Part shown: piece by piece, positions 1-8,866 of the stretch
Layout: each line of letters starts with the position of its first letter
Numbering within the stretch: position 1 is the stretch's first letter
From: Myxococcota bacterium
GTDB taxonomy: Bacteria > Myxococcota_A > UBA9160 > SZUA-336
Assembly (NCBI GenBank): GCA_965247115.1
Contig: CBDFGR010000003.1
Location: 64,001 to 128,000 of the forward strand
Direction of reading: 5' to 3'
DNA length: 64,000 bases
The notes under the pieces: generated by a model
Database searches by the model: none
What the model was told of the DNA's origin: nothing
The model's input: the letters and a program-made list of their open reading frames with translations, nothing else
Made by a program: the position numbers and the translations under genes

Positions 1-12
1 AGCTCAGGGATC

Positions 13-500
13 GTGGAGGGTTGGGCCTTCATCGCAGCCGGAGTTTACAACGCCTCCGCCAACACTCAGGGTGCGTCGCTCTTTCGCAGCCGCGCGATCT
101 CTTCCCAGGAGACGCCGGCCCGAAGACGTGAGCCGCCTCGCGATGCAGGAGGCCGCCGTGACCATCCGGGACATCGACGGGGTTCTCGTCGACCCCGTCA
201 ACGAGGGAGGGATGCTGCTGCCCTCCCCAAGTGCGGGAGCGTCAAGCTGGAGTGGAAGGAGGTCAGCGGTCGCGGGATCCTGTAGAGCTTCACGATAGCG
301 AGGCGCCCTACTGCCCGCGATTTCGCGGACAAGGTTCCCTACGCGATCGCGATCGGGGAGCTCGAGGAAGGTCCGCACGTGGCCACGAACGTGGTGGACT
401 GCGATCCCGAGGCGCTCCGCATCGGTCAACCCCTGGAGGCGTATTCGAGGACGTCTCGGAGGTGATCAGCCTGGTTCACTTCCGTCCGGTGGACACCTAG
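13..500 (+). pseudogene. Degraded fusion of a thiolase-like N-terminal fragment and a DUF35 (Zn-ribbon/OB-fold) C-terminal fragment
   Basis: PKCGSVKLEWKEVSGRGIL*SFTIARRP...VPYAIAIGELEEGPHVATNVVDCDPEALRIGQPLE, then frameshift (~442) into VFEDVSEVISLVHFRP; in-frame TAG at 283-285. The upstream AMQEAAVTIRDIDGVLVDP...MLLPS resembles a thiolase N-terminus. Confidence 0.7.
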
Positions 501-613
501 GACGGACTCGGGGGATCACTCGAGAGAAGGGGCCCAACTGACCAGCCGAACACGGTTTCTCTGAGCGAGGTGCAGACGAACACAGTACACTCGCGAGTGG
601 GGGAGGAACAGAG

Positions 614-967
614 ATGCTTCGACAGACCGCTGCCTTGACGGCCGTCCTGGTGCTCGCGGGGTGCGCCGGGAGGGAGACCTTCTGGACCAAGCAGGACGCT
701 TCCGAGCGTCAGTTCCAGGCCATCAGCGGGCGCTGCGCGCAGTGGGCCAGCGAAGAGGCGGCGGAGCGGGTGGGCAGCGGCAGCAAGGACACCTGCGTGT
801 TCGACAGCCGCTACGGCACAGTCTGTGGGCGGCCGCGCGACACACAGGAGGCCGCCATGAGGCGAGAGATGAGGAGGGAAGACAGGGCGAGGCGGCTCTG
901 GGGCCAGTGCATGGAGGACCGCGGCTGGACGTCGAACCACGACGGTGTCGGCTACCAGCGGACGTAG
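614..967 (+). CDS. Hypothetical small lipoprotein
   Basis: GGAGG RBS, hydrophobic signal with LAGC lipobox, four further Cys residues. Confidence 0.7.
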   Translation: MLRQTAALTAVLVLAGCAGRETFWTKQDASERQFQAISGRCAQWASEEAAERVGSGSKDTCVFDSRYGTVCGRPRDTQEAAMRREMRREDRARRLWGQCMEDRGWTSNHDGVGYQRT

Positions 968-999
968 TATGCTGGGGCTACCAGCTGGAGGAACTACGA

Positions 1000-1476
1000 T
1001 TGGCAGACGAGCTTCCTGACCTGACACCGGAGATGAAGGCCGCGATCGGCACCTCCGGGCCCCCCGGAACTCTCGAAGTGACGAGCCAGGGATCCCGAAC
1101 CTTTGCCCGCGCCGTCGGCTATACGGATCGGATCTACTACGACGAGGCGTATGCGAAGTCCAAGGGGCACCGGGCGCTGCCCGCCCCTCCCGGCTTCCTC
1201 GGCATGCCCGTGTACAACCCCTTCGCTCCCCGCGAGGAGGAGAGTCCGCAGTTCTCGACCCCGTTCAAGCGGATGCTGAACGGCGGGACCGAGGTCGAGC
1301 CGATCGAGCAGGTGTACGCCGGAGATGTGCTGGAGCAGGTGACGACGCTGGCGGACCTTCAGCTGCGCAAGGGCCGCCTCGGCCAGATGCTGGTGCGCAC
1401 CGCGGAGACGGTCTACACACGAGCGTCCGACGGAGCGGTGGTCGCGAAGATGCGCGGGACCGGGATCTCATACTAG
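1000..1476 (+). CDS. MaoC-family dehydratase N-terminal-type (hotdog) subunit
   Basis: TTG start with GGAGGA RBS; FARAVG..D..Y.DE.YA...G...LPAPPGF and LNGGTE motifs; adjacent to a MaoC gene. Confidence 0.8.
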   Translation: MADELPDLTPEMKAAIGTSGPPGTLEVTSQGSRTFARAVGYTDRIYYDEAYAKSKGHRALPAPPGFLGMPVYNPFAPREEESPQFSTPFKRMLNGGTEVEPIEQVYAGDVLEQVTTLADLQLRKGRLGQMLVRTAETVYTRASDGAVVAKMRGTGISY

Positions 1477-1487
1477 GAGCGGCAGCG

Positions 1488-1919
1488 ATGACAGACGAGC
1501 AACTCTTCTGGGACGACATCAGCGAGGGCCAAGAGGTCTCTCTCCAGGAGCCGATGAGCTCCCAGCGCCTTGTGATCTGGGCCGCCGCTTCCGGCGACTT
1601 CTACCAGATCCACTACGACGACGGCTTTGCGAAGGGGAACGACCTTCCGGACATCATCGTGCACGGAGCACTCAAGGGCATGCTGGTGGGACGATTGCTG
1701 GACGAGTGGAAGGGATCAGAGGGGCGCATCGTGAACTGGGGGGTCTCGTACCGAGGCATGGACGCCGCGCGCCAGGACCTGCGCGTCTGGGCGAAGGTCA
1801 CGAAGAAGTACGAGGAGGGAGGCGAGGCTCGCGTGGACCTCAACGTGGGCGTCACCCAACCCAACGGGACCGAGACGACGCCGGGCACCGCTACCGTCGC
1901 TCTACCGAAGCGGGTCTAG
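1488..1919 (+). CDS. MaoC-family acyl dehydratase
   Basis: AAASGDFYQIHYD...IVHG hydratase motif; AGGAG RBS. Confidence 0.88.
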   Translation: MTDEQLFWDDISEGQEVSLQEPMSSQRLVIWAAASGDFYQIHYDDGFAKGNDLPDIIVHGALKGMLVGRLLDEWKGSEGRIVNWGVSYRGMDAARQDLRVWAKVTKKYEEGGEARVDLNVGVTQPNGTETTPGTATVALPKRV

Positions 1920-1941
1920 GCCGAAGCGGGCCTGGGCCGAA

Positions 1942-3000
1942 TCAGGCCTGGGCCAAAGCGGGCGCGATCCAGGTCTGCAAGCCGGCCAGCTCGGGCTCCA
2001 GCTCGGGGGCGCTGGCGAGAGGCGTGAACTGCCTTGCAAACTCCGGGTTCGCACGCCGGGCGTGCTTCACGATCGCGTCCGTCGCGACGATGCCGCCCGG
2101 CGGCGCGAGCTTGAGGATCCGGGCGGCGATGTGGACGCTCGGGCCGACGAGCGACACCGTCTGGCGGAAGCGCGTTCCCACGATGCCAATCACGACGGGA
2201 CCCATGTCGAGCGACAGGCGAGGCAGCGGGAGTGCGGGTAGCTCGACCCGCCGGCGCAGCAGCTCGTCGCGCAGACGAAAGGCGGCGGGCACCGCCTCCC
2301 CCGCTCCTTCGAAGTAGAGGAGCGCACCGTCGCCCTCGAAGTCGTGCACGTCTCCGCAATGGTATGCGCCCACGTCGATCACGATCTCCATGAACGCCTG
2401 CATGATCTCGAGGACCTCTTCGGCGGAGCGGCCCAGAACGAGGCGCATGGACGAGACCATGTCGACGAACAGGGCCACCATCTCGCGCTTCAGCGGTAGC
2501 TCGTGACCCTCGAGGAAGGTCTGTCCCGCGATGCGCGGCAGGAAGGCAGAGTCGGCCTGGATCCCCGCTGCCTCGGGGGCGCGGAACATCTCGGCCAGCG
2601 GAACTTCCTTCCACGCGGGTCCCGGCGCCGGAATCTCGCTGGAGACGGGCTCGAGGGGATAACCAGCCTCGATCCAGGCCTCGAGCCCTCCGCGCAGCGC
2701 CGCGACGTCTCGGTAGCCGTCCTGAACCAACCAGTTCGCGACCCGCGAACTCGAGGCCTCGCCTGTTCAGAGGCAGTAGGCGACCAGGGGACGGTCTCGC
2801 GGGGCGACCGGCAACAGGATCGGATCGCGATCGAGAGCGAAGGGAAGTGCACCGGGAATCCCACCGTGCTCACCGAAGCCCGCTGCGCGCCGCACATCCA
2901 GGAGGAGCGGCGCGGGCGGCGTCTCGAGTGAGGACTTCAGCTCTTCGGCCCCGATGCGTCGAAACTTTCCAGGGGAAACGGCGTCGGTGGAGGTCATCAC
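1942..3000 (-). CDS. Rhodanese domain + class III adenylate/guanylate cyclase fusion; candidate selenoprotein (UGA at 2767-2769 read as Sec)
   Basis: ORFs 2767..3000 and 1942..2730 are in one frame separated only by a TGA. Joined: LLLDVR...GIPGAL...PLVAYCL-U-TGEASSSRVA...LRGGLEAW (complete rhodanese), then LFVDMVSS...FEGDG...VGPSVHIAAR (cyclase). Confidence 0.82.
2733..2751 (-). promoter_or_regulatory. Bacterial SECIS-like hairpin
   Basis: mRNA AGUUCGCG-GGU-CGCGAACU: perfect 8-bp stem starting 15 nt after the UGA, G-rich apical loop 23 nt after the UGA. Confidence 0.72.
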
Positions 3001-3093
3001 CTGAGCCTAGCACCGACCGGCCGCTTCGCCGCACGTCTCGAACCCGGCTCGCCTATACTGGGCACCGTTCTCTACTGATTCCACGGAGGAGCC

Positions 3094-3924
3094 ATGAGCG
3101 AGAGTCGCAGTATCGATACCGGTACGGAGGATCTTCTGGCGCGCGTCGAAGACCGAGTCGCAATCCTCACGATGAACCGCCCTGACCGCCGGAATGCCAT
3201 GTCCAACGGCATGATTGTGGGCCTCGGGCATGCGCTGGCCGAAGTCGAGGTGGCGGATGACGTGGGTTGCGTGGTGCTCACGGGCTCGGGTGGGGCATTC
3301 TCCGCCGGCGGAGACGTGAAGGGCATGGCCAGCGCCGGTGACGGCAGCGCCGCGCCTGTGGGCTTCGACGAGCGGGTACACCTCCAGCGCCTGAACCACC
3401 GCGCCACCTCCGGTCGGATCTACGAGATGCCCAAGCCGGTGATCGCGTCCCTACCGGGGGCTGCGGCTGGCGCAGGTCTCTCCCTCGCGCTGGCCTGTGA
3501 TCTGCGCATCGCGTCCGAGCGCGCGATCCTGACCACAGCGTTCGCCAGGGTGGGCTTCAGCGGCGACTTCGGTGGAACCTGGTTCCTCACCCGACTCGTG
3601 GGCGCGGCCAAGGCTCGCGAGCTCTATTACCTGTCTGAGCGCGTGGACGCGAAGGAGGCGGAGCGGCTCGGGCTGCTGAACTGGGTGGTGCCCGACGACG
3701 CGCTCGAGGAGCGCACGCTGGCACTAGCGCGCCAGCTCGCCAGCGGCCCCACCGTCGCGTACCGCTACATGAAGGAAAACATCCGACGTGCCATGAGCGA
3801 GGATCTGTTCGAGTGCCTGGACCTCGAGGCGACCCACCACATCCACACGGGACGCACGGAAGATCACCGCGAGGCGGCGAAGGCCTTCGTCGAGAAGCGA
3901 ACGCCCGTGTTCAAGGGACGCTAG
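3094..3924 (+). CDS. Enoyl-CoA hydratase/isomerase (crotonase) family
   Basis: NRPDRRNAM, AFSAGGD, AAGAGLSLALACDLR motifs; GGAG RBS. Confidence 0.93.
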   Translation: MSESRSIDTGTEDLLARVEDRVAILTMNRPDRRNAMSNGMIVGLGHALAEVEVADDVGCVVLTGSGGAFSAGGDVKGMASAGDGSAAPVGFDERVHLQRLNHRATSGRIYEMPKPVIASLPGAAAGAGLSLALACDLRIASERAILTTAFARVGFSGDFGGTWFLTRLVGAAKARELYYLSERVDAKEAERLGLLNWVVPDDALEERTLALARQLASGPTVAYRYMKENIRRAMSEDLFECLDLEATHHIHTGRTEDHREAAKAFVEKRTPVFKGR

Positions 3925-3940
3925 GTCCGGGAGAGAAGCC

Positions 3941-4765
3941 ATGTACGACGACATTATCTACGATGTGAAGGAGCCGGTGGCGACGATCGAGTTCAACCGG
4001 CCGGACAGACTGAACGCCCTCACCTACCCGATGCTCGACGAGTTGCGCCACGCGCTCGCACAGGCGGAGCAGGACGACAGGGTCATCGGCATCGTCCTGA
4101 CCGGCGCCGGGCGCGGGTTCAGCGCCGGGATAGACTTGCAGAGCCTTGGCGAGACCGCGGCCGCCGGACAAGTCGTCCCTGGGGCAACGAAGCTCGAGGC
4201 CGATCCCGGCGACAAGGAGATGGGACCCGAGTTCCGGGAGGGCTACGGCTTTCTGCTCTCGATCCGCAAGCCGATCCTGGCCGCCGTGAACGGGCCCTGC
4301 GCGGGACTGGGCTTCTCGATCGCCATGTTCTGCGATCTCCGCTTCGCATCGGAGAAAGCCATGTTCACCACCTCTTTCGCGCAACGAGGGCTCGTTGCCG
4401 AGCACGGCGTGAGCTGGATCCTGCCCCGGCTGCTCGGGAGCGCGCGGGCGCTGGACATCTTGTGGAGCTCGCGCAAGCTCGATGCCTCAGAGGCCGAGCG
4501 GCTCGGCCTGGTGAGCCGCGTGGTCGCGCCAGAGCAGCTACTGCCCGAGGCACGCAGCTATCTCGAACACCTGGCCGAGAACTGCTCGCCGACCTCGCTC
4601 ATGGTGATGAAGCAGCAGGTGTACCGACACATGATGCAGCCCCTGGGCGACGCCATGCGCGAGACAAACAAGCTCATCGCCGAGAGCCTCAAGCGGCCGG
4701 ACTTCACGGAGGGAGTGAGGTCGTTTCTGGAGCGTCGCCCGCCCCGCTTCGAGAAGTTGGGCTAA
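3941..4765 (+). CDS. Enoyl-CoA hydratase/isomerase (crotonase) family
   Basis: NRPDRLNAL, GFSAGID, KPILAAVNGPCAG...CDLRFAS motifs. Confidence 0.93.
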   Translation: MYDDIIYDVKEPVATIEFNRPDRLNALTYPMLDELRHALAQAEQDDRVIGIVLTGAGRGFSAGIDLQSLGETAAAGQVVPGATKLEADPGDKEMGPEFREGYGFLLSIRKPILAAVNGPCAGLGFSIAMFCDLRFASEKAMFTTSFAQRGLVAEHGVSWILPRLLGSARALDILWSSRKLDASEAERLGLVSRVVAPEQLLPEARSYLEHLAENCSPTSLMVMKQQVYRHMMQPLGDAMRETNKLIAESLKRPDFTEGVRSFLERRPPRFEKLG

Positions 4766-4773
4766 AGACGGCG

Positions 4774-5244
4774 TCAATCACCAGAGCTGGCGAAGTGTAT
4801 GAGCCCCTCCGCCAGGACTACGCGGTTGCGCGCCCCGGCGGCCCAGCGGTTCGGGACCGAACCTGCCTCGAGACAGGTCGGGGCCCCCGCCTCGAGCGGC
4901 GCCCACTCCGGCGAGAACGGAGAGTCGATGAAGTCGGGCAGCACGAGGCCGAGACGGATGCCCTGGCACTCGACAGCCTCCTAGGGCGGGCTCGTCAGCC
5001 CGACCGACTCGAGTGACGGCGCGCGAAAGCGCGCGTAGGCCAGGTAGCCCTGCATGCCGCTGGCCGAGACGGCCTGCAGGTCGCTCACGGAGTCGGGGAT
5101 CGGGCTCGCGATCACGGCCTCGAAGACCTCCTCCGGATCCGTCCACCCGCCCCGCATCTGCGACTGGATGGCCCAGTACGTGTAGAGGACGAACGCGACC
5201 AGCAGAAACCCCACGCACCCGACGATTCGCGCGAGTTGGCGCAC
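4774..5244 (-). pseudogene. Hypothetical membrane-anchored protein with a premature TAG
   Basis: N-terminal TM segment; after the TAG at 4981-4983 the frame stays open and protein-like (EAVECQGIRLGLVLPDF...HFASSGD) to TGA at 4774-4776, just short of the convergent gene end. Confidence 0.55.
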
Positions 5245-5346
5245 CGAGACACCAGTAGCGGGCCTACGGCAGGACTCAAGAGCGGATCACAGGGATCGCG
5301 TGCTCGATAGCCGCTCCTCCCGTCCGTGGCGTATCATCTCCCGATC

Positions 5347-6669
5347 ATGACCGTCGATAGCCCCGAGGCTGTGATCGCCCCGACTCCCCTCGTCGAGCTG
5401 GCAGACGCGCTGCGCAGCGACGTGCTTTCGCTGGAAGACAGCGTCGAGACGGCCCTAGAGCGCATCGACGGGTTCGAGCCAGGGATCCGGGCGCTCATGC
5501 CAGAGCCGGGCCGGCGGCAGCGCCTGCTGGAAGAGGCGAAGGCGCTGCGCGAGCGCTTTCCTGACCCGGCCCTGCGCCCGCCCCTGTTCGGAATCCTCGT
5601 GGGGGTGAAGGACATCATCAACACGGACGGCTTCGCGACGCGCGCGGGCTCCATGCTCCCGCCCGAGCTGCTCGGGGGCCCGGAGGCCGCCTGCGTCGCG
5701 CGCTTGCGCAGCGCGGGGGCGCTGGTACTCGGAAAGACGGTCACCACCGAGTTCGCCTACATGGATCCCGGGGCCACGGCGAACCCGAACGATCGCTCGC
5801 GCACACCTGGCGGATCCAGCAGCGGGTCGGCGGCCGCGGTCGCGGCCGGCTACGCACCGCTCGCGCTGGGCTCCCAGACTGTCGGGTCGGTGATCCGTCC
5901 GGCAGCGTTCTGCGGCGTCGTCGGCTTCAAGCCGAGCTACGGCCGGATTCCGACAGACGGGGTGCTCGCGTTCTCCCGCTCCGTCGACTGCGTGGGCGCG
6001 TTCGCCAGGAACGCGTCCGGGATTGCGCGGGCCGCGTCCGTGCTCTGCGATGCGTGGAGCGAGGTTCCTCGGGAGGGGCGACTCCCGACGCTCGGTGTTC
6101 CCGTCGGTCCCTACCTGGAGCTTGCGAAGCCCGAGGCCAGGCGCGCCCTGGAGGAGCAGCTCGAGAGGCTGGCCTCCGGGGGCTGCCAGATCCGCTACGT
6201 GCCCGCCCTGCGCGACATCGAGGAGGTAGCAGGACGTCACCTGCGGCTGATCGCGAAGGAATTCGAGCAGGTGCATGAGTCCTGGTTCCGGGAACACGGA
6301 AGCGTGTACCGCCCGGCAAGCACGATGCTCATGGAGCGCGCGAGTGGCTACGCAGAGGACTCGATCGAGATCGGCCGGGCGAGCGGAGAGAGCCTCCGCA
6401 GCGAGCTGGAGGCGTTGATGGACGCGCACCACCTCGACGCGTGGGCGTGTCCCGCGGCGACGGGCGGTGCACCGCAAGGGCTGCAGTCCACTGGCGATGC
6501 CGCCATGAACCTGCCCTGGACGCACGCCAGGCTGCCCGCGGTCAGCCTGCCCGCGGGCAGCTCCCCCGACGGGCTGCCCCTGGGCCTGCAGCTCGCAGCG
6601 CGCCGCGGGACCGACGAGAGGCTGGTCGCGTGGGCGCAGCAGCTCGAGCCGCTCCTGGCTAGCGTCTGA
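5347..6669 (+). CDS. Amidase signature family protein
   Basis: GVKD (catalytic Lys), TPGGSSSGSAAAV, GSQTVGSVIRPAAFCG. Confidence 0.93.
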   Translation: MTVDSPEAVIAPTPLVELADALRSDVLSLEDSVETALERIDGFEPGIRALMPEPGRRQRLLEEAKALRERFPDPALRPPLFGILVGVKDIINTDGFATRAGSMLPPELLGGPEAACVARLRSAGALVLGKTVTTEFAYMDPGATANPNDRSRTPGGSSSGSAAAVAAGYAPLALGSQTVGSVIRPAAFCGVVGFKPSYGRIPTDGVLAFSRSVDCVGAFARNASGIARAASVLCDAWSEVPREGRLPTLGVPVGPYLELAKPEARRALEEQLERLASGGCQIRYVPALRDIEEVAGRHLRLIAKEFEQVHESWFREHGSVYRPASTMLMERASGYAEDSIEIGRASGESLRSELEALMDAHHLDAWACPAATGGAPQGLQSTGDAAMNLPWTHARLPAVSLPAGSSPDGLPLGLQLAARRGTDERLVAWAQQLEPLLASV

Positions 6670-6703
6670 CGGTTCGAACCCAGGAACAACCCGAGGAGAT
6701 CCC

Positions 6704-7861
6704 GTGGCACCGAATCCGCAGCGGCTGGAGACTCGCGTCGTTCACGCCGGCGACCCGCACCCGCGGATCGAAGGGGCCGTCACGCTCCCGATCTTCCAGT
6801 CGACGGTCTTCGAGCAAGAAGAGGGTGTCGGTTACCACGAGCTCCGCTATCCGCGCCTGAACAACCTGCCGAACCACGAGGCGCTCGCGGCCAAGCTCGC
6901 CGACCTGGAGGGAGGTGAGGCCGCCCTGGTCACCGCCAGCGGGATGGCCGCGATCTCGACGACGCTGCTCACGGTGCTCGGCGGCGGCGGACATCTCCTG
7001 GTGCAGGACTCCCTGTACGGGGGGACGCACAACCTGCTGACGGATGATCTCGACTCGCTCGGCATGAGCTACGACTTCATCGACGCGCGCAATCCGGACT
7101 CCTGGGAGTCGAGCCTCCGGACCGAAAGCCGAGCCGTGTACGTGGAGGCGCTCTCGAACCCGCTGCTCCAGGTCGCGGACCATGCCGCGATCGCCCGCTT
7201 CGCACACGAGCACGAACTGGTCGCGATCATCGACAGCACCTTCGCGTCGCCGATCAACTTCCGAGCGCTCGAGCTGGGCTTCGACCTTGTGCTGCACAGC
7301 TGCACCAAGTACCTGAACGGCCACTCCGACCTCGCGGCCGGGGCCCTGATCGGTCGGGCGGACTGGGTGGAGCGCGTGCTCCACCGACTGAACCACCTCG
7401 GCGGCAGTCTCGACCCGCACGCGTGCTTTCTCCTGAACCGGGGCGTGAAGACGCTCGCGCTGCGCGTGCGCCAGCAGAACGCGAACGCCCTCGCCGTGGC
7501 ACGGCACCTGAGTGCCCGACCCGAAGTGACCGTGGTGAACTATCCAGGGCTCGAGACCCATCCCGACCACCAGCGGGCGCGCGAGCTGTTCCGGGGCTTC
7601 GGCGGCATGCTGAGCTTCGAGCTGTCCGGCGGCGCCGAGGCCGCTCGCCAGCTGGCACGAGGAGTAACGCTCTTCACCGACGCCCCGAGCCTCGGCGGCG
7701 TCGAGTCGCTGGTGACGCGCCCGGTCGCGACCACCCACGCCGGGATGAGCGCTGCAGACCGCGAGCGGCTGGGGATCTCGGACGGGCTGCTACGCCTCTC
7801 GATCGGCATCGAGGCGGTGGAAGACCTGATCGCCGATCTGGATACCGCGCTGAAGGAGTGA
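6704..7861 (+). CDS. PLP-dependent trans-sulfuration enzyme (cystathionine gamma-synthase/lyase, methionine gamma-lyase family)
   Basis: ASGMAAI, YGGT, DSTFASP, HSCTKYLNGHSD (PLP Lys), SLGGVESL, LRLSIGIE. Confidence 0.93.
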   Translation: MAPNPQRLETRVVHAGDPHPRIEGAVTLPIFQSTVFEQEEGVGYHELRYPRLNNLPNHEALAAKLADLEGGEAALVTASGMAAISTTLLTVLGGGGHLLVQDSLYGGTHNLLTDDLDSLGMSYDFIDARNPDSWESSLRTESRAVYVEALSNPLLQVADHAAIARFAHEHELVAIIDSTFASPINFRALELGFDLVLHSCTKYLNGHSDLAAGALIGRADWVERVLHRLNHLGGSLDPHACFLLNRGVKTLALRVRQQNANALAVARHLSARPEVTVVNYPGLETHPDHQRARELFRGFGGMLSFELSGGAEAARQLARGVTLFTDAPSLGGVESLVTRPVATTHAGMSAADRERLGISDGLLRLSIGIEAVEDLIADLDTALKE

Positions 7862-7871
7862 CGCGGACCCG

Positions 7872-8825
7872 TCAGTCGGCGTCAGCGTCCCGTGGAGCCG
7901 GCGAGAGTCCCACCGCTCGTCGGCGAGCAGCAGCGCGGCGCCGGCCGCTGCCGGTGGGGGCCTTCAGGAACACGAGAAAGTCCAGCGCGACCCGAGTCGG
8001 CGTTCGGGCCGGGTCGCGTACGATCTTGAGCGGCCGGTGCAGCTCGACGTCCGCGACACGAACCACCGCGAGCGTTCCGGACCTGCGTTCCAGCTCGACG
8101 GCGAAGCCCGAAACAATTCCGACTCCGAGCCCCGCGCTCACCGCGCGCTTGATGGCCTCGGTGTCCCCCAGAACCTGGGTTCGCGGAAGCGGCGCCTCGG
8201 CTTGCAGAAACGCTGCATCCACGCTTGCTCGGGTCGCAGAGCCGTGCTCGCGAGCCAGCAGCAGCTCACCGCGGAGCTCCACCGCACGAACCTTGCGACG
8301 TCCAGCGAGCCGGTGCTGCGGGCCCACGATCAGCACGAGCTCGTCGCTGCGCCAGGGCTCCGCCTCGAGGCTGCGCGCGCTGAGCGTCCCGCCCACCACC
8401 CCGAAATCGACTTCGCCCGCGATGATGCGCTCCTCCACCTGGCGACTGTTCAGGACCTCGAGGCGCACCGCGACCCCCGACCGCCGCCGACGGTACGTCG
8501 CAATGAGCTCTGGCAGCAAGACGCCCGGAGTGCTGCTGACGGCCACGCGGACGAGCTCCTCGCCCCGACTACGCGCGAGCAGCGCCGTCTCTGCCTCGCG
8601 CACGAGCCGCAAGATGCGATCCGTGTAGTCGGCCAGTGCCCTGCCTGCCGGAGTGGGCTCCTGCACGCGGCCCCGCCGCGCCAACAGCTCCACACCGAGA
8701 TCTCTCGCAAGGGACTTCATCTGCATCGACACGGCGGGCTGCGTGAGGCCGTGCTCTCGCGCGGCGCCCGACAGCGTCCCCAGTCGCACGACCGACTGGA
8801 AGATCTCCAGCTGACGGAATGTCAT
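7872..8825 (-). CDS. LysR-family transcriptional regulator (CysL/CbbR-like substrate domain)
   Basis: N-terminal HTH with LTQPAVSMQMKSL; REHGSATR and TEAIKRAV motifs. Confidence 0.9.
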   Translation of the reverse strand: MTFRQLEIFQSVVRLGTLSGAAREHGLTQPAVSMQMKSLARDLGVELLARRGRVQEPTPAGRALADYTDRILRLVREAETALLARSRGEELVRVAVSSTPGVLLPELIATYRRRRSGVAVRLEVLNSRQVEERIIAGEVDFGVVGGTLSARSLEAEPWRSDELVLIVGPQHRLAGRRKVRAVELRGELLLAREHGSATRASVDAAFLQAEAPLPRTQVLGDTEAIKRAVSAGLGVGIVSGFAVELERRSGTLAVVRVADVELHRPLKIVRDPARTPTRVALDFLVFLKAPTGSGRRRAAARRRAVGLSPAPRDADAD

Positions 8826-8832
8826 GTCTACT

Positions 8833-8849
8833 CATAAATAATATTTATG
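8833..8849. promoter_or_regulatory. LysR recognition box (T-N11-A palindrome) in the divergent promoter
   Basis: CATAAATA-A-TATTTATG perfect inverted repeat, an AT-rich island between the LysR and desaturase genes. Confidence 0.8.
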
Positions 8850-8866
8850 CTTAACCAAAGTCAACC

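Noticed and set aside
2767..2769. Treating the rhodanese-cyclase locus as a plain pseudogene or as two genes
   Set aside because: The stop is UGA exactly in the active-site loop, is followed by a SECIS-like hairpin, and there are no other lesions. Sec insertion fits better, though it is unproven.
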